NCBI GenBank assembly: GCA_010909165.1
Contig: MU008153.1
Location: 932,602-996,601 of the forward strand
Reading direction: 5' to 3'
Length of the DNA stretch: 64,000 bases
From: Anthoceros angustus
Lineage: Eukaryota; Plantae; Anthocerotophyta
The notes under the pieces: generated by a model
The model's input: the letters and a program-made list of their open reading frames with translations, nothing else
Told to the model about the DNA's origin: nothing
Databases searched by the model: none
Translations under genes and position numbers: made by a program
Shown: positions 24,366 through 34,530 of the stretch, piece by piece
Layout of the letters: each line of letters starts with the position of its first letter
Numbering within the stretch: the first letter of the stretch is position 1

Positions 24366-27200
24366 TTAATCCCAGTAATCCCGAACTAGGAAGGAATGCA
24401 CGAGGCCGTCCATGTCTGTCCACCAGCTCTGGCCTGGCTGCTTCCACGCCCTAATTTTGATTCTCCTCGCCTGCATCTCTTGGGCATGCTCCCACATCTG
24501 GGCGCTGGTGTATATGTTGGACATGGACACGTAAGCTGCCGCATCCTTGTTGTCAAGCTTCAGGGCTTCATGGAAAGCAAGGCGTCCCACCTCCACGTTG
24601 TCCCACTTTCGACAAGCGCCCAACAGTGTGTGCCAAACTGCGGCATCGGGCAGGACAGACATTGTCCTCCCCAGAGAGAGTGCTTCATCCAGTTGGCCTG
24701 CACGACTCAGGAGATCCACCATGCATGTGTAGTGCTCCACCGTGGGTCTGATGCCGTAGTCTCTCCTCATGGCATCAAAGTGCTCTTGCCCCTGGTTCAC
24801 CAGACCTGTATGGCTGCATACTGTTAGCAAACTGAGGAATGTTGAGCCGGTTGGGTTCATGCCATCCTCTCTCATTTGGTGATAAAGATGAAAGACCACT
24901 TGACTGTCTCCTTGACGAGTGTAGCCTGCAATCAGTGCATTCCAGGCCCCCACGTCTCTCTCTTGGAAAGTGTCAAAAACCTGTTGTGCCTCCCCCATGC
25001 TGCCACACTTCCCGTACATGGTTATCAAACTGTGGGCTACAATCACATCAGCTTCCAGCTCTTGTTCTTTGATCTGTGCGTGAAGCCGCCTTCCAAGATG
25101 CAAAGCTGCCACATTTGCACATACCTGCAGGAGGCATACGAAGGTGACAGCATCGGGTGCAGCCACGCCTTCTTCTTGCATAGCATGATAGAGATCAAGG
25201 GCTTCCTGGTCCATCCCCTGTTGGGAATAACCTGCTATCATGGCATTCCACGTCCCCACATTCTTTTGGCCAAGCCTGTTAAACAAACCCCGAGCATCTT
25301 CTGGGCTGCCGCACTTTGCATACATGTTCACCAAGCTGTTGGCTACACACACATCAGTCAGACGCCCTTGTTCCCTGATTTGTGCATGAAACTGCTTCCC
25401 CTTCTCCAGAGCCAGGGTGCCCACACTTGCACAAGCCTGAAGGAGGGATAGAAATGTCACAGAAGAGGGTGCAGACATGCCCTCTTGTTGCATAGCACTA
25501 AGAAGACGCAGGGCTTCCAGGCCCATGCCCTTTTGCGAATATGCTGCTATCATGGCATTCCACGTCACCACATCCTTCTGTGCAAGTCCCTCAAACACGC
25601 CCTCGGCATCCTCTAAACTCCCACATTTTGCATACATGCTCACAAGACCGTTTGCTACAAAAATATCCTCTTGAAGGTCTTGTTGTCCGATCTGTGCATG
25701 AAGCTCCTTCCCCATCTCAAGAGCAGAAGTGCCCAGACTTGCACATGCCTGCAGAAGGCACACATATGTTACAGAATTGGGTCTAACTATGCCTTCTTCT
25801 AGCATGGCCCTGTACAGATGAAATGCTTCCTGCCCCATGCCTCGCTGGGAATATCCAGCTATCATTGCATTCCACGTCACCACATTTCTTCTATCAAGTC
25901 CCGCAAATACACCCCTGGCATCCTCCAGGCTGCCACACTTTGCATACATGTTCACCAAACTGCTGGCCACAAACACATCAGCTTGAAGTCGTCGTTCTCT
26001 AATTTCTGCATGCAGCTGCCTCCCCTGCTCCAAAGCCGAGGTACCCACACATGCACATGCCTGCAGGACAGACACAAACGTCACAGAATCAAGTGCAACG
26101 ATGCCTTCTTCCTGCATGGCTCTGAGCAGACCAAGGGCTTCCTCCCCCTTACCCTGCTGGGAATATCCTGCTATCATGGCACTCCACGTCACCAAATCCT
26201 TCTGGGGAAGCCCGTCAAATACTCTCAGAGCATCCTCCAAGCTCCCACACTTTGAATACATGTCCACCAGGCCACTAGAAACAAACAAATCAGGCTCGAC
26301 GCCGCTAGCCAGCACGTCAGCATGCACCTTCTGCCCTGATTTCAAGTCTGCTCCTTTCGCACAAGCCTGAAGGGCTGCCACAAACACATGGCCGTTTGGC
26401 TTCACGCTTGAACTCCGCATTCGATGATACATAAGTATGGCCTGCTTATACTGTCCATGTGTAACATAAGCTGAAATGATAGCAGACCATGTAAAAACGT
26501 CTGGTTCCTCCACCATATCGAAAACATTCACAGCTTCTTGCAACCTGCCATGAGAAGCATACATCCGAAGAATGTGATTGCACAGGAACGTATCCCACTC
26601 AAGCCCCTTCTTCACGCTGAGAGCATGCACACGGCGCCCCAGACGCAGATCCCTCTTAGCCACACACTCCCTTAAAACCAGATAAAGTAGAGACTGGGAA
26701 ATACTACACTCTGCCTGCATCAGTCCTCCGAGACCCTCAACGGCCTCAGCGATCTGCCCCTGCAAACATAGCCTCCTAACAGTTTCAGCCATCACAGGCC
26801 TGCCCAGATTACCATAATCCGGCACACTCCAGCTGGACAACGGCCACCCATGCAAATCCAGAGCAGCCAGCTGCGCATCCACCCAAGCTGGCTTTGAGAC
26901 CTTGTCCACCCAGAGGACCTCCTGGGACTCCTTATGCCGGAAATCAGGCGACCGGGAACTCCTCTTATCATGCCTGTTATCCCACCAAAGCGTGGGATCC
27001 AGAAAAAATCGTTGCCACAAGAGCTCCTGGCGACTATCCTGGCTGGAACATTCGTCTCCAGCCAGATCTCCTCTTGGGCGGGCTCCCACTGTTGCAGAGG
27101 TGCTGCACCTCGCAGCTTCCTTGCGTTTCGACAGCCGATTCTTGAAACCCAGGTGGGCGGGAGCTCTCCCTACCATCCCTGTAAACCTCCAGCCAACCAT
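24366..27200 (-). CDS. PLS-class PPR RNA-editing factor, E+ type (E1-E2-PG box, no catalytic DYW), with an N-terminal OSB-like PDF motif
   Basis: Single ORF of 949 aa (first ATG at 27200). Five P1-containing PLS triplets, then P2-L2-S2, E1 (DAAVWHTLLGAC), E2 (DAAAYVSMSNIY) and PGQSWWTDMDGLVHSFLVRDYWD-stop. N-terminal motif LWQRFFLDPTLWWDNRHDKRSSRSPDFRHKESQEVLWVD. Confidence 0.95.
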   Translation of the reverse strand: MVGWRFTGMVGRAPAHLGFKNRLSKRKEAARCSTSATVGARPRGDLAGDECSSQDSRQELLWQRFFLDPTLWWDNRHDKRSSRSPDFRHKESQEVLWVDKVSKPAWVDAQLAALDLHGWPLSSWSVPDYGNLGRPVMAETVRRLCLQGQIAEAVEGLGGLMQAECSISQSLLYLVLRECVAKRDLRLGRRVHALSVKKGLEWDTFLCNHILRMYASHGRLQEAVNVFDMVEEPDVFTWSAIISAYVTHGQYKQAILMYHRMRSSSVKPNGHVFVAALQACAKGADLKSGQKVHADVLASGVEPDLFVSSGLVDMYSKCGSLEDALRVFDGLPQKDLVTWSAMIAGYSQQGKGEEALGLLRAMQEEGIVALDSVTFVSVLQACACVGTSALEQGRQLHAEIRERRLQADVFVASSLVNMYAKCGSLEDARGVFAGLDRRNVVTWNAMIAGYSQRGMGQEAFHLYRAMLEEGIVRPNSVTYVCLLQACASLGTSALEMGKELHAQIGQQDLQEDIFVANGLVSMYAKCGSLEDAEGVFEGLAQKDVVTWNAMIAAYSQKGMGLEALRLLSAMQQEGMSAPSSVTFLSLLQACASVGTLALEKGKQFHAQIREQGRLTDVCVANSLVNMYAKCGSPEDARGLFNRLGQKNVGTWNAMIAGYSQQGMDQEALDLYHAMQEEGVAAPDAVTFVCLLQVCANVAALHLGRRLHAQIKEQELEADVIVAHSLITMYGKCGSMGEAQQVFDTFQERDVGAWNALIAGYTRQGDSQVVFHLYHQMREDGMNPTGSTFLSLLTVCSHTGLVNQGQEHFDAMRRDYGIRPTVEHYTCMVDLLSRAGQLDEALSLGRTMSVLPDAAVWHTLLGACRKWDNVEVGRLAFHEALKLDNKDAAAYVSMSNIYTSAQMWEHAQEMQARRIKIRAWKQPGQSWWTDMDGLVHSFLVRDYWD

Positions 27201-27629
27201 GTCTGGCAGGAGCAAGCCTGGAAACTACGCATTGACGAGGAGGCTCTAACCTGCACCTCACCATCAGGGTCTGTGGGTGGCGACCGTTAGCAGCTTGAGA
27301 AGCAGCCTTGCCTGATTGTGTGGAGTACTCCATAGAAACATGTCACCGGCCAGAGAACACAAGGTTCCATGCAGATATGTCGTTCATCCGTACTGAGAGT
27401 GAGCCCTAGTAGGCTAACGTCCTGAAGTGAGGCCTTCTTTGCACCCGACAATGGAGATGCATTGTGCTTCCATGACTTTCAGAGAGCAGAAAGTGAACCT
27501 GCATATTTTGCTGGCAATTCTTCAATATTTTCGATAGTGTCTCCGTCGTCCCAGATGATGCAACAAGATGGATGCATCATACTAATCTGCTGGGTTCATC
27601 GATGCTGCGATTGATTGCAGTTGAACATT

Positions 27630-30080
27630 ATGGTTTCCATGCTGAACACATTCCAGCCCTTGTATGGACAGATCCAACCTGAAGACACTCCAAGTCTTCT
27701 GCGGGAGAAAAAGAGGAGGAAATTTGGTTGTGTGAGATGTGCACTGCATACTGGGACCGAGCGCTTGTGGCTAGATAGGTTGTACAAGCCAGTTTTCGTG
27801 GATGCGGAGCTGGCTGCTGTGGATGTACAGATGGAGCGTCATGGCGCTACATCCAAATGGGATGAACGTGAGCCTGCAAGATACGAAAGGAGAGTGTCGG
27901 GTGAAATGTTGAGGAAGCTATGTGAGCAGGGGCAGGTTGCTGAGGCCGTGGAGGGGCTGGGAGTTCTGGTGCACGGTGACGCGCTTATTCCCCAATCTCT
28001 CTTTTACACTGTGCTGAAGGAATGTGTGGCTAGGAAGGATTTGTCTCTTAGTCGCCGTGTTCATGCTCTCATCGTGAAGGAGGGGTCTGAAGAAGACACG
28101 TTCCTGTGCAACCACATCTTGCGAATGTATGCTTCTCATGGCAAGTTGCAAGAAGCTATGGATGTGTTCAAGAGAGTCTCCAAACCAGATGCCTTCACGT
28201 GGTCTGCAATAATCTCTGCGAATGTTAAGCAGGGAGAAGATAAGCAGGCCATAGAGCTGTATCATCGTATGCGGGGGTCGAGTGTGAAGCCAGATGGGCA
28301 TGTTTTTGTAGCAGCCCTTCAGGCTTGTGCGAGGGGAGGAGACTTCAAGTCTGGGCAGGAGGTGCATGCCGATGTGTTGGCTCGGAGCGTTGAGTGTGAT
28401 TCGTTTGTTTGCAGTGGCTTGGTTGACATGTATGCCAAGTGTGGCAGCTTGGAAGACGCCCAAAGAGTGTTTGATGGGCTTCCTCAGAAAGATGTTGTGA
28501 CATGGAATGCTATGATAGCAGGATATTCCCAGCAGGCAAGGGGTCAGGAAGCCCTTTCTCTTTACAGTGCAATGCAAGAAGAAGGCATGGCTGCACCCAA
28601 TTCTGTGACATATGTGTGCGCTTTGCATGCATGCGCCAGTGTGGGTAGCCTGGCTTTGGAGAAGGGGAAACAGCTTCATGCACAGATTCGAGAACGAGGT
28701 CTTCAGGCTGATGTAGTTGTGGGTGGGAGCCTCGTGAACATGTATGCAAAGTGTGGCAGCTTGAAGGATGCTAGGGACGTGTTTGATGGTCTTGGTCAAA
28801 AGAGTGTGGTGACGTGGAATGCTATCATAGCAGGGTACTCCCAGCAGATCATGGGCCTGGAAGCTCTGGGGCTTTACAGGGCTATGCAAGAAGACGAGAT
28901 GGCTGAACCTGATGCTGTGACATTTGCATCCCTCCTGCAGGCATGTGCAAGTGTCGGCACCCCAGCATTAGACAAGGGGAAGCAGCTTCATGCACAGATT
29001 AGGAAACAAGGACTGCTGGCTGATGTGATTGTATCTAATAGCTTGGTGAACATGTATGCAAAATGCGGTAGCCTAGAGGATGCTCAAGCTGTTTTCGATG
29101 AACTTAGTGAAAAGACGGTGGTGACATGGAGTGCTATGATTGCAGGATATTCCCTGCAGGGCATGGGGCACGACGCCCTTCGGTTGTACAAGGATATGCA
29201 AAATGAAGGCCTTGTTGCACCAAATTCTGTTACATTTTTATGCCTCCTTCAGGCATGTGCAAGTGTAGCAGCTTTGCATCTGGGAAGGCAGCTTCATGGA
29301 CAGATTAAAGAACAAGGGCTTCAAGCTGATTTACTTGTAGCCGCGAGCTTGATAAACATGTATGGTAAGTGCAGTAGCTTGCTGGATGCACAGCAGGTGT
29401 TTGATGCATTGGCTGAAAGAGATGTAGCTACCTGGAATGCACTGATTGCAGGGTACACCCGTCAAGGAGACAGCACAAAGGTCTTTGACTTGGTTCTCAA
29501 AATGCAAAAGGACGACATACAGCCAGATAGCATCACTTTCGTCAACGTGCTAACAGTATGCAGTCATACAGGTTTAGTGAGCAAGGGGCGGGAGTACTTT
29601 GACGCCATGAGCAGAGACTATGGCATCACTCCCACGCCAGACCACTACACATGCATGGTGGGCCTCCTGGGCCGTGCAGGACACATACAGGAGGCACTAG
29701 CTTTCCTGAGGACAATGCCTGTATCACCTGATGCTGGAGTTTGGCACACTCTGTTGGGTGCTTGTCAAAAGTGGAACAATGTGGAGGTGGGACGACATGC
29801 ATTCGATAAAGCACTGAAGCTGGATGCGAAAGACGCTGCAGCATATGTGTTGATGTCTAACATTTACACCAGTGCCCAGATGTGGGAGCAGGCAGAGGAG
29901 ATGCAGGTGCGGAGAAAAGAAAACAGGGCATGGAAGGAGCCAGGCCAGAGCTGGTGGACAGACATGGATGGACTGGTGCACAGCTTTTTGGTTGGGTATA
30001 TGAAGGATCCCGAGTGTGAAGCAAGGCTGGAACGAGAGATGTCACCTGCAGACATACTTGACGATGGTAACGAATACTGA
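27630..30080 (+). CDS. PLS-class PPR RNA-editing factor, E+ type, paralog of the divergent neighbour, with a degenerate PDF motif
   Basis: Single ORF of 821 aa (first ATG at 27630; the true start is uncertain). Four P1-containing PLS triplets, then P2-L2-S2-E1-E2 and PGQSWWTDMDGLVHSFLVG. Stops before any HxE/CxxC deaminase motif. Confidence 0.94.
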   Translation: MVSMLNTFQPLYGQIQPEDTPSLLREKKRRKFGCVRCALHTGTERLWLDRLYKPVFVDAELAAVDVQMERHGATSKWDEREPARYERRVSGEMLRKLCEQGQVAEAVEGLGVLVHGDALIPQSLFYTVLKECVARKDLSLSRRVHALIVKEGSEEDTFLCNHILRMYASHGKLQEAMDVFKRVSKPDAFTWSAIISANVKQGEDKQAIELYHRMRGSSVKPDGHVFVAALQACARGGDFKSGQEVHADVLARSVECDSFVCSGLVDMYAKCGSLEDAQRVFDGLPQKDVVTWNAMIAGYSQQARGQEALSLYSAMQEEGMAAPNSVTYVCALHACASVGSLALEKGKQLHAQIRERGLQADVVVGGSLVNMYAKCGSLKDARDVFDGLGQKSVVTWNAIIAGYSQQIMGLEALGLYRAMQEDEMAEPDAVTFASLLQACASVGTPALDKGKQLHAQIRKQGLLADVIVSNSLVNMYAKCGSLEDAQAVFDELSEKTVVTWSAMIAGYSLQGMGHDALRLYKDMQNEGLVAPNSVTFLCLLQACASVAALHLGRQLHGQIKEQGLQADLLVAASLINMYGKCSSLLDAQQVFDALAERDVATWNALIAGYTRQGDSTKVFDLVLKMQKDDIQPDSITFVNVLTVCSHTGLVSKGREYFDAMSRDYGITPTPDHYTCMVGLLGRAGHIQEALAFLRTMPVSPDAGVWHTLLGACQKWNNVEVGRHAFDKALKLDAKDAAAYVLMSNIYTSAQMWEQAEEMQVRRKENRAWKEPGQSWWTDMDGLVHSFLVGYMKDPECEARLEREMSPADILDDGNEY

Positions 30081-31249
30081 ATACTGAAAGCAGGTCTCGC
30101 ACATGGGAAACCGGCGCGCCCCTCAACAGCGGCGGGGACTGACGATGGTCACGAAAACCACTTGTTTCGGCATAACGACAATCCGGCCATCCCATGTGAT
30201 GTAAACCATTACCATCACCATGAAGAAAATTTGACTCAGCGCTTTTGAGCTCACTTAAATCGCTAAACAAATCGTCGAAATCGTTCTCTCATGCAGTCGA
30301 ATGCACCCGTGCTTCTATATCACTTTTTAAATTTTAAAGAAATTATAAATTGTTTTTTAAATATTCTAATTAAGAATTTTCACTGAATAGAAGTTTTTGG
30401 GGTCCAGTAGAATTCCATAGATCTATGATTGTTTGTCGTGGTTTGATGATCTATAGGATACCTTGATTCATTGGATCAATATTCTCATATTGACAACAAC
30501 AACTCATAGATGCCATTTTGACAAGAAGAAAAAGAAGAAGTATATTATAGTCCACTCGGACGGAATTTTTCATGTCATGGGACTTGGTACTTGACAACTT
30601 ATACCATGGTGTGCCTGAGCTACTTGCACCAAGAGCATCCACTCCCTTTAGATACCCCATCTAAGTACCGATCTAAGCACATGATGTTTAATAGCGTTCT
30701 TGTAAATGTGTGTCCATTTGGTCTAAGCCATTGGGACGCACATCTATAAGAACAACCCATAGCTCCCATTTGACAACAACAACTCATAGCTCCAATCTTG
30801 ACAAGAACAACTTTGCTTCTTAGCTCCAACTTTGACAAGAAAAACTTTGCTTCTAGATCACATTTTAACTCTCTTTCTAAATTAAAATGGTCTACATTAT
30901 AAGGGATTGCAATATGATATCAGATATAACAATGGTACAACTGGAGACTCCATCTCCCTAGGATGTGGATAGGAGCGTTCCGAGAGAAGGTCATCATCAG
31001 CATTGTTGCTCATTACAAAGTTTTCTTTGCTTTCCCCTCCTCACAAAGTTTTCTTTGATTTCGGAAACTCTTTAGCTCGGTCCTCGTAAAGCATGTCCAG
31101 TCCGATTACGTTGTGCTTATGGCAGCCCGATTTGTTGCCCCGGGACTAGACTGCTGGTGAACTCTGGTTGATGGAAGTCTGGTCAAGTCCATCCTCTGAT
31201 TTTACCTGGGCCTGACATTTGCCCACCGCGCCGCACATGTGGGCCTCTA

Positions 31250-32245
31250 ACGTATCTTATGCGATGCGAACAAGCTTGGACTCAAACTTAAGCAAAGGAC
31301 GTAGCAAAACATCAAATTGAACTCACTTGGAAATCTCGCTTTTGGTTGACGACAACAGGAGTCCCGTGATGTTCCGCATAGATTGAGCATTGTCAAATTG
31401 AAAAAAAAGGATGGTGGAGGGCAAAAGCAGCTTACGGCGTATAAGGGACATCGCGTGTCTCGTCGCATGAATAAGATCCAGGAATTCATCAGCAAGAGGA
31501 ATGCCGGAAGGGGGAGCCAGCAAGCCCAACAGCTGGAGGAAGCTTGCCAGAGCCCAGTGTGGCAGCCCCTGCAACACCAAATCCTAATCACATGCCTCCA
31601 CCTACTTCGCCGCCAAACGGACCAGAATACGAAATCGCTCTAGCCCCAGAGCCTTGATATGTGGCAACTAGGCAAACTATTGAGCCTCATCCTGCAACAA
31701 AGTTTTGTCAATCTGACCCAGCAAGCCCCGCAAGTAGTCTTAACGCTCACTACTATCGAGCGTCCTTGCTGCAAGCTTTGTCGCTTTTCTAGAGATTTTG
31801 GTGCATTTTTCGATCCCGTATTTTTTCTCTCATGCTCCAAATTATATGTGCCGATATTCTCCAAATAAAATTACATGGTCGAAGGTCAAGGGCATGTTTC
31901 TTCTTGGAGCATGGTTCATTATAGCTCAAAGGTATAAGTAGCACCCCCGATTCTAAAAGTTTAACACAAAGTTTCTTGTTTGCAACGTTCAAAGCTTGAG
32001 AGACAAATTGCAGCTAGTCTTACGACTCAAGGGAATCAATGAGGTGCGTTGGGGTTAAACGCAAACTATGGGACTTGGATACATCGCCCGAGGTGGAGGT
32101 GGCAAAAATGTGCAAGAGAACAAAGACGCTGGACACATGTAAACCATCGAAAGTGCACGAGTGTGAAAAGATGGCGTCGACCAATATTTCTGGTCCCTTT
32201 GTAGCACCAAAAGGAACTCAGATACTCAAACAAGATGAGTACGAA
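31250..32245 (-). mobile_element. Decayed non-LTR retrotransposon fragment, CRE-like (region downstream of RT)
   Basis: Shares ~300 bp with 21715-22005. Broken minus-strand frames (RFRILVRL, LQGLPHWALASFLQLL, EFLDLIHATR) loosely resemble the segment between RT and endonuclease of CRE-type elements. Motif-level similarity only. Confidence 0.4.
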
Positions 32246-34030
32246 GGAGCCTGCTAAGGCACTTACGATGTGCCAGCCCTTAGCCAAGAGCCTCCGATCA
32301 GCCTCGCCTCTTGCCTTCCTGTGAAAGGCTGCATCTCGTGTTTGCTTTGCCCTTGTGCTTGGTGGCATCTTGCATGGGGACTAGTGCTTGGGGGACACCG
32401 AGACGTGGTTCTCAGGGAATGACTAACCTGAGGGCACTCACGCTAGGAATCGAACAGGCCAAATTTAAGAGAAACACTCATCGGTCACCCTAGGTTATCT
32501 GTAAAGGCGTGAGTTGGCAAATCTTGGGGTAGAGGGAGTTAGATGTTGAAGGATTGTTGTAAAGATGAGTTGGTGTCATGTTGAGCGTTATCGTTGTAGC
32601 GTTGAAAGATTGTAGGAGTTAGAAGCACCCGGAAGGCCTGATGTGGGGCCATGGGCTAGTGAATCCAAAACCACCAACATGTAATTCTAGCCCTTACTGA
32701 GGAAAGTAGACCAGGGCCGTGTGTGTGTGCAATGAATTGACCAAGCTAAATCCCTTGGGACTGAACCTACGTACAAGACGACCATGGGATAAGTGTGGCC
32801 ACTGAGGCTAGCTCTGAGCAACCGGGGTTTTCCCACCACATGAAGTAATCCAAAGGAAGTGCACTAGGATTCCTACCTTAATTTGTAGATTGAATATAGA
32901 TTTTTAAAAGTATAGCAGCACAAAAACCATTTCTTGATTATAGTCTTGTTTTCTTGAAATTATACTTCATTTCTAAACAAAAATCAACAAAACATATATT
33001 TTTGTGCACATCTTCTAATGCAAAAAATAATGTGCATCAACCTTGATGCAACCTACATAGTATGCTCTAATACCATGACAAATTATAGGAACTATATGCG
33101 TCAATTAATCAATAAAAAATAATAATATTGTATCGTTAAGAAAGAAGTAACTTGCTTATGCATGAAAAGATAACTTAACTTAAAACGAAAAGGTATGTCT
33201 ATTCACTAAGGGACGTAACCCTAATGAACGGGTAGTTGTAAATAACTCTAAGTCCCTACACATGCCCTATCTATGGGATGGAACTCTAAGGGCTGGTTTC
33301 CATGGGCAAGTTTTCATCAACTTCAACTTCTCACATGACTATATGTATACATTACGACAAAAACAAAGCGGGTTTGGGGGATCGGAAGTTTCAACAAACT
33401 CCCACGATGATTGGAGACGAGCGGGTCTAGCGAGTTTTCACAGGCGATGCAGAAGCCACGGTGTCACGTTACGATTTTCCCCGGTCTCCCAAGCGCAGGC
33501 TTGCAACACGGGCAATTGCAAGAACAAGGGTGCTGGAAAAGGGCGGGAGGCAAGTGTGCAATCGATCAGGAAGGCAGCCACTTGGGCAAGAAGGGAAAGT
33601 AAGGGTACGAGCTGAAGCAACGGTGATGGCTGAAGGCTTGGGGCAGCCATCTCAAAGATGCAGCTTGCCATTAAGTGCTGTGCCTTTGAGTTCTTTGCTT
33701 TCCAATTTTTCCATAAGTTCTGCATTGCCTCTGGCTTTGATCCCGCCTTTGAGTTATCCAGAGAAGAAGGCTCACAAATTGCCCCCTAGCTTTGAGCACA
33801 GCTTGTTTATAGCAATTGAATTGTGGTTTACCGATTCACAAGCCGCTGCCCTAGACTTTGCGCACTTGGGTGACACCAGCACCATGCCACCAGGTACTAC
33901 CTTTTGCTTGCTCGTCCTAATTACATTGATGAAAATTCAGATGAAGCTCATGACTTGCTGGCTTCTAATGTGTACGATTTTTGCAGACACACCTAATTCT
34001 TCAAGAGAGGCCTCACCTAGTGCTGCCCCT

Positions 34031-34530
34031 CTAGAACGTAGTGAGGATGCAGATACTGTAATCATGATTACGATCGAAGTAATCAGTTACCATTTCCCGG
34101 GACATGAGCTCCATTTTGATGTGTGTTACGTCAATTGCACCACAATTGTTGACTAATCCTTGATGCCTTTCAAATTCTGCCTTGCAGGTAGCTAGAGCTT
34201 CTCGTTGTGGCCAAGCATTGTAGTGTCTCCCTCTTCTGATCATGGCTCTTATGAATCGCCACACAATTTCGAAGCTGTAGATTTAGCTACACCAAAGAGT
34301 TCCCCAATGGACTTGAGAGTATCCCCTGCAGCAAGTCTTCTGATTGTTAGATCCACAGCCACCAAGCTACACACATACTCAAATGTGGCAGGTGTCATTC
34401 TAAAAAACTCTCTGAAACGCTCAAGATCAGCTGTCCATGTTGCTTCCTTAAAAAAGGACCACCAAGCCAAACTCTTGTTCTTGATATGTTGGTCACTAGG
34501 AGTACGTCGCTTGCGTGAAAGACCTGAAAT
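34031..34530 (-). pseudogene. ALP1/HARBI1-like (PIF/Harbinger DDE nuclease) fragment, internally deleted and frameshifted
   Basis: WWSFF...FREFFRMTPATFEYVCSLV, RRLAAGDTLKSIGELFGVAKSTASK, WRFIRAM, FERHQGLVNNCGAIDVTHIKMEL and DYFDRNHDYSI. Ends right after the first catalytic region. Confidence 0.82.

Noticed and set aside
27729-27752. C-x2-C-x2-H in the second PPR N-terminus as a zinc finger
   Set aside because: It aligns in register with the decayed PDF motif of the paralog and lacks a fourth ligand pattern; more simply explained as drift.
24396-29981. Numerous opposite-strand ORFs over the two PPR genes (e.g. 24876-25451, 27918-28889)
   Set aside because: These are antisense shadows of repetitive PPR coding sequence with no independent motifs.
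32780-32840. Sequence resembling the 3' end of the giant LTR (ggataagtgtggcc...ccaccaca)
   Set aside because: The similarity is short, with no PBS after it and no matching TSD or definable 5' end; possibly an old solo-LTR remnant but not callable.
33461-34156. 231-aa plus-strand ORF
   Set aside because: Partly the antisense of the ALP1-like fragment, with no recognisable motif; not supportable as a gene.
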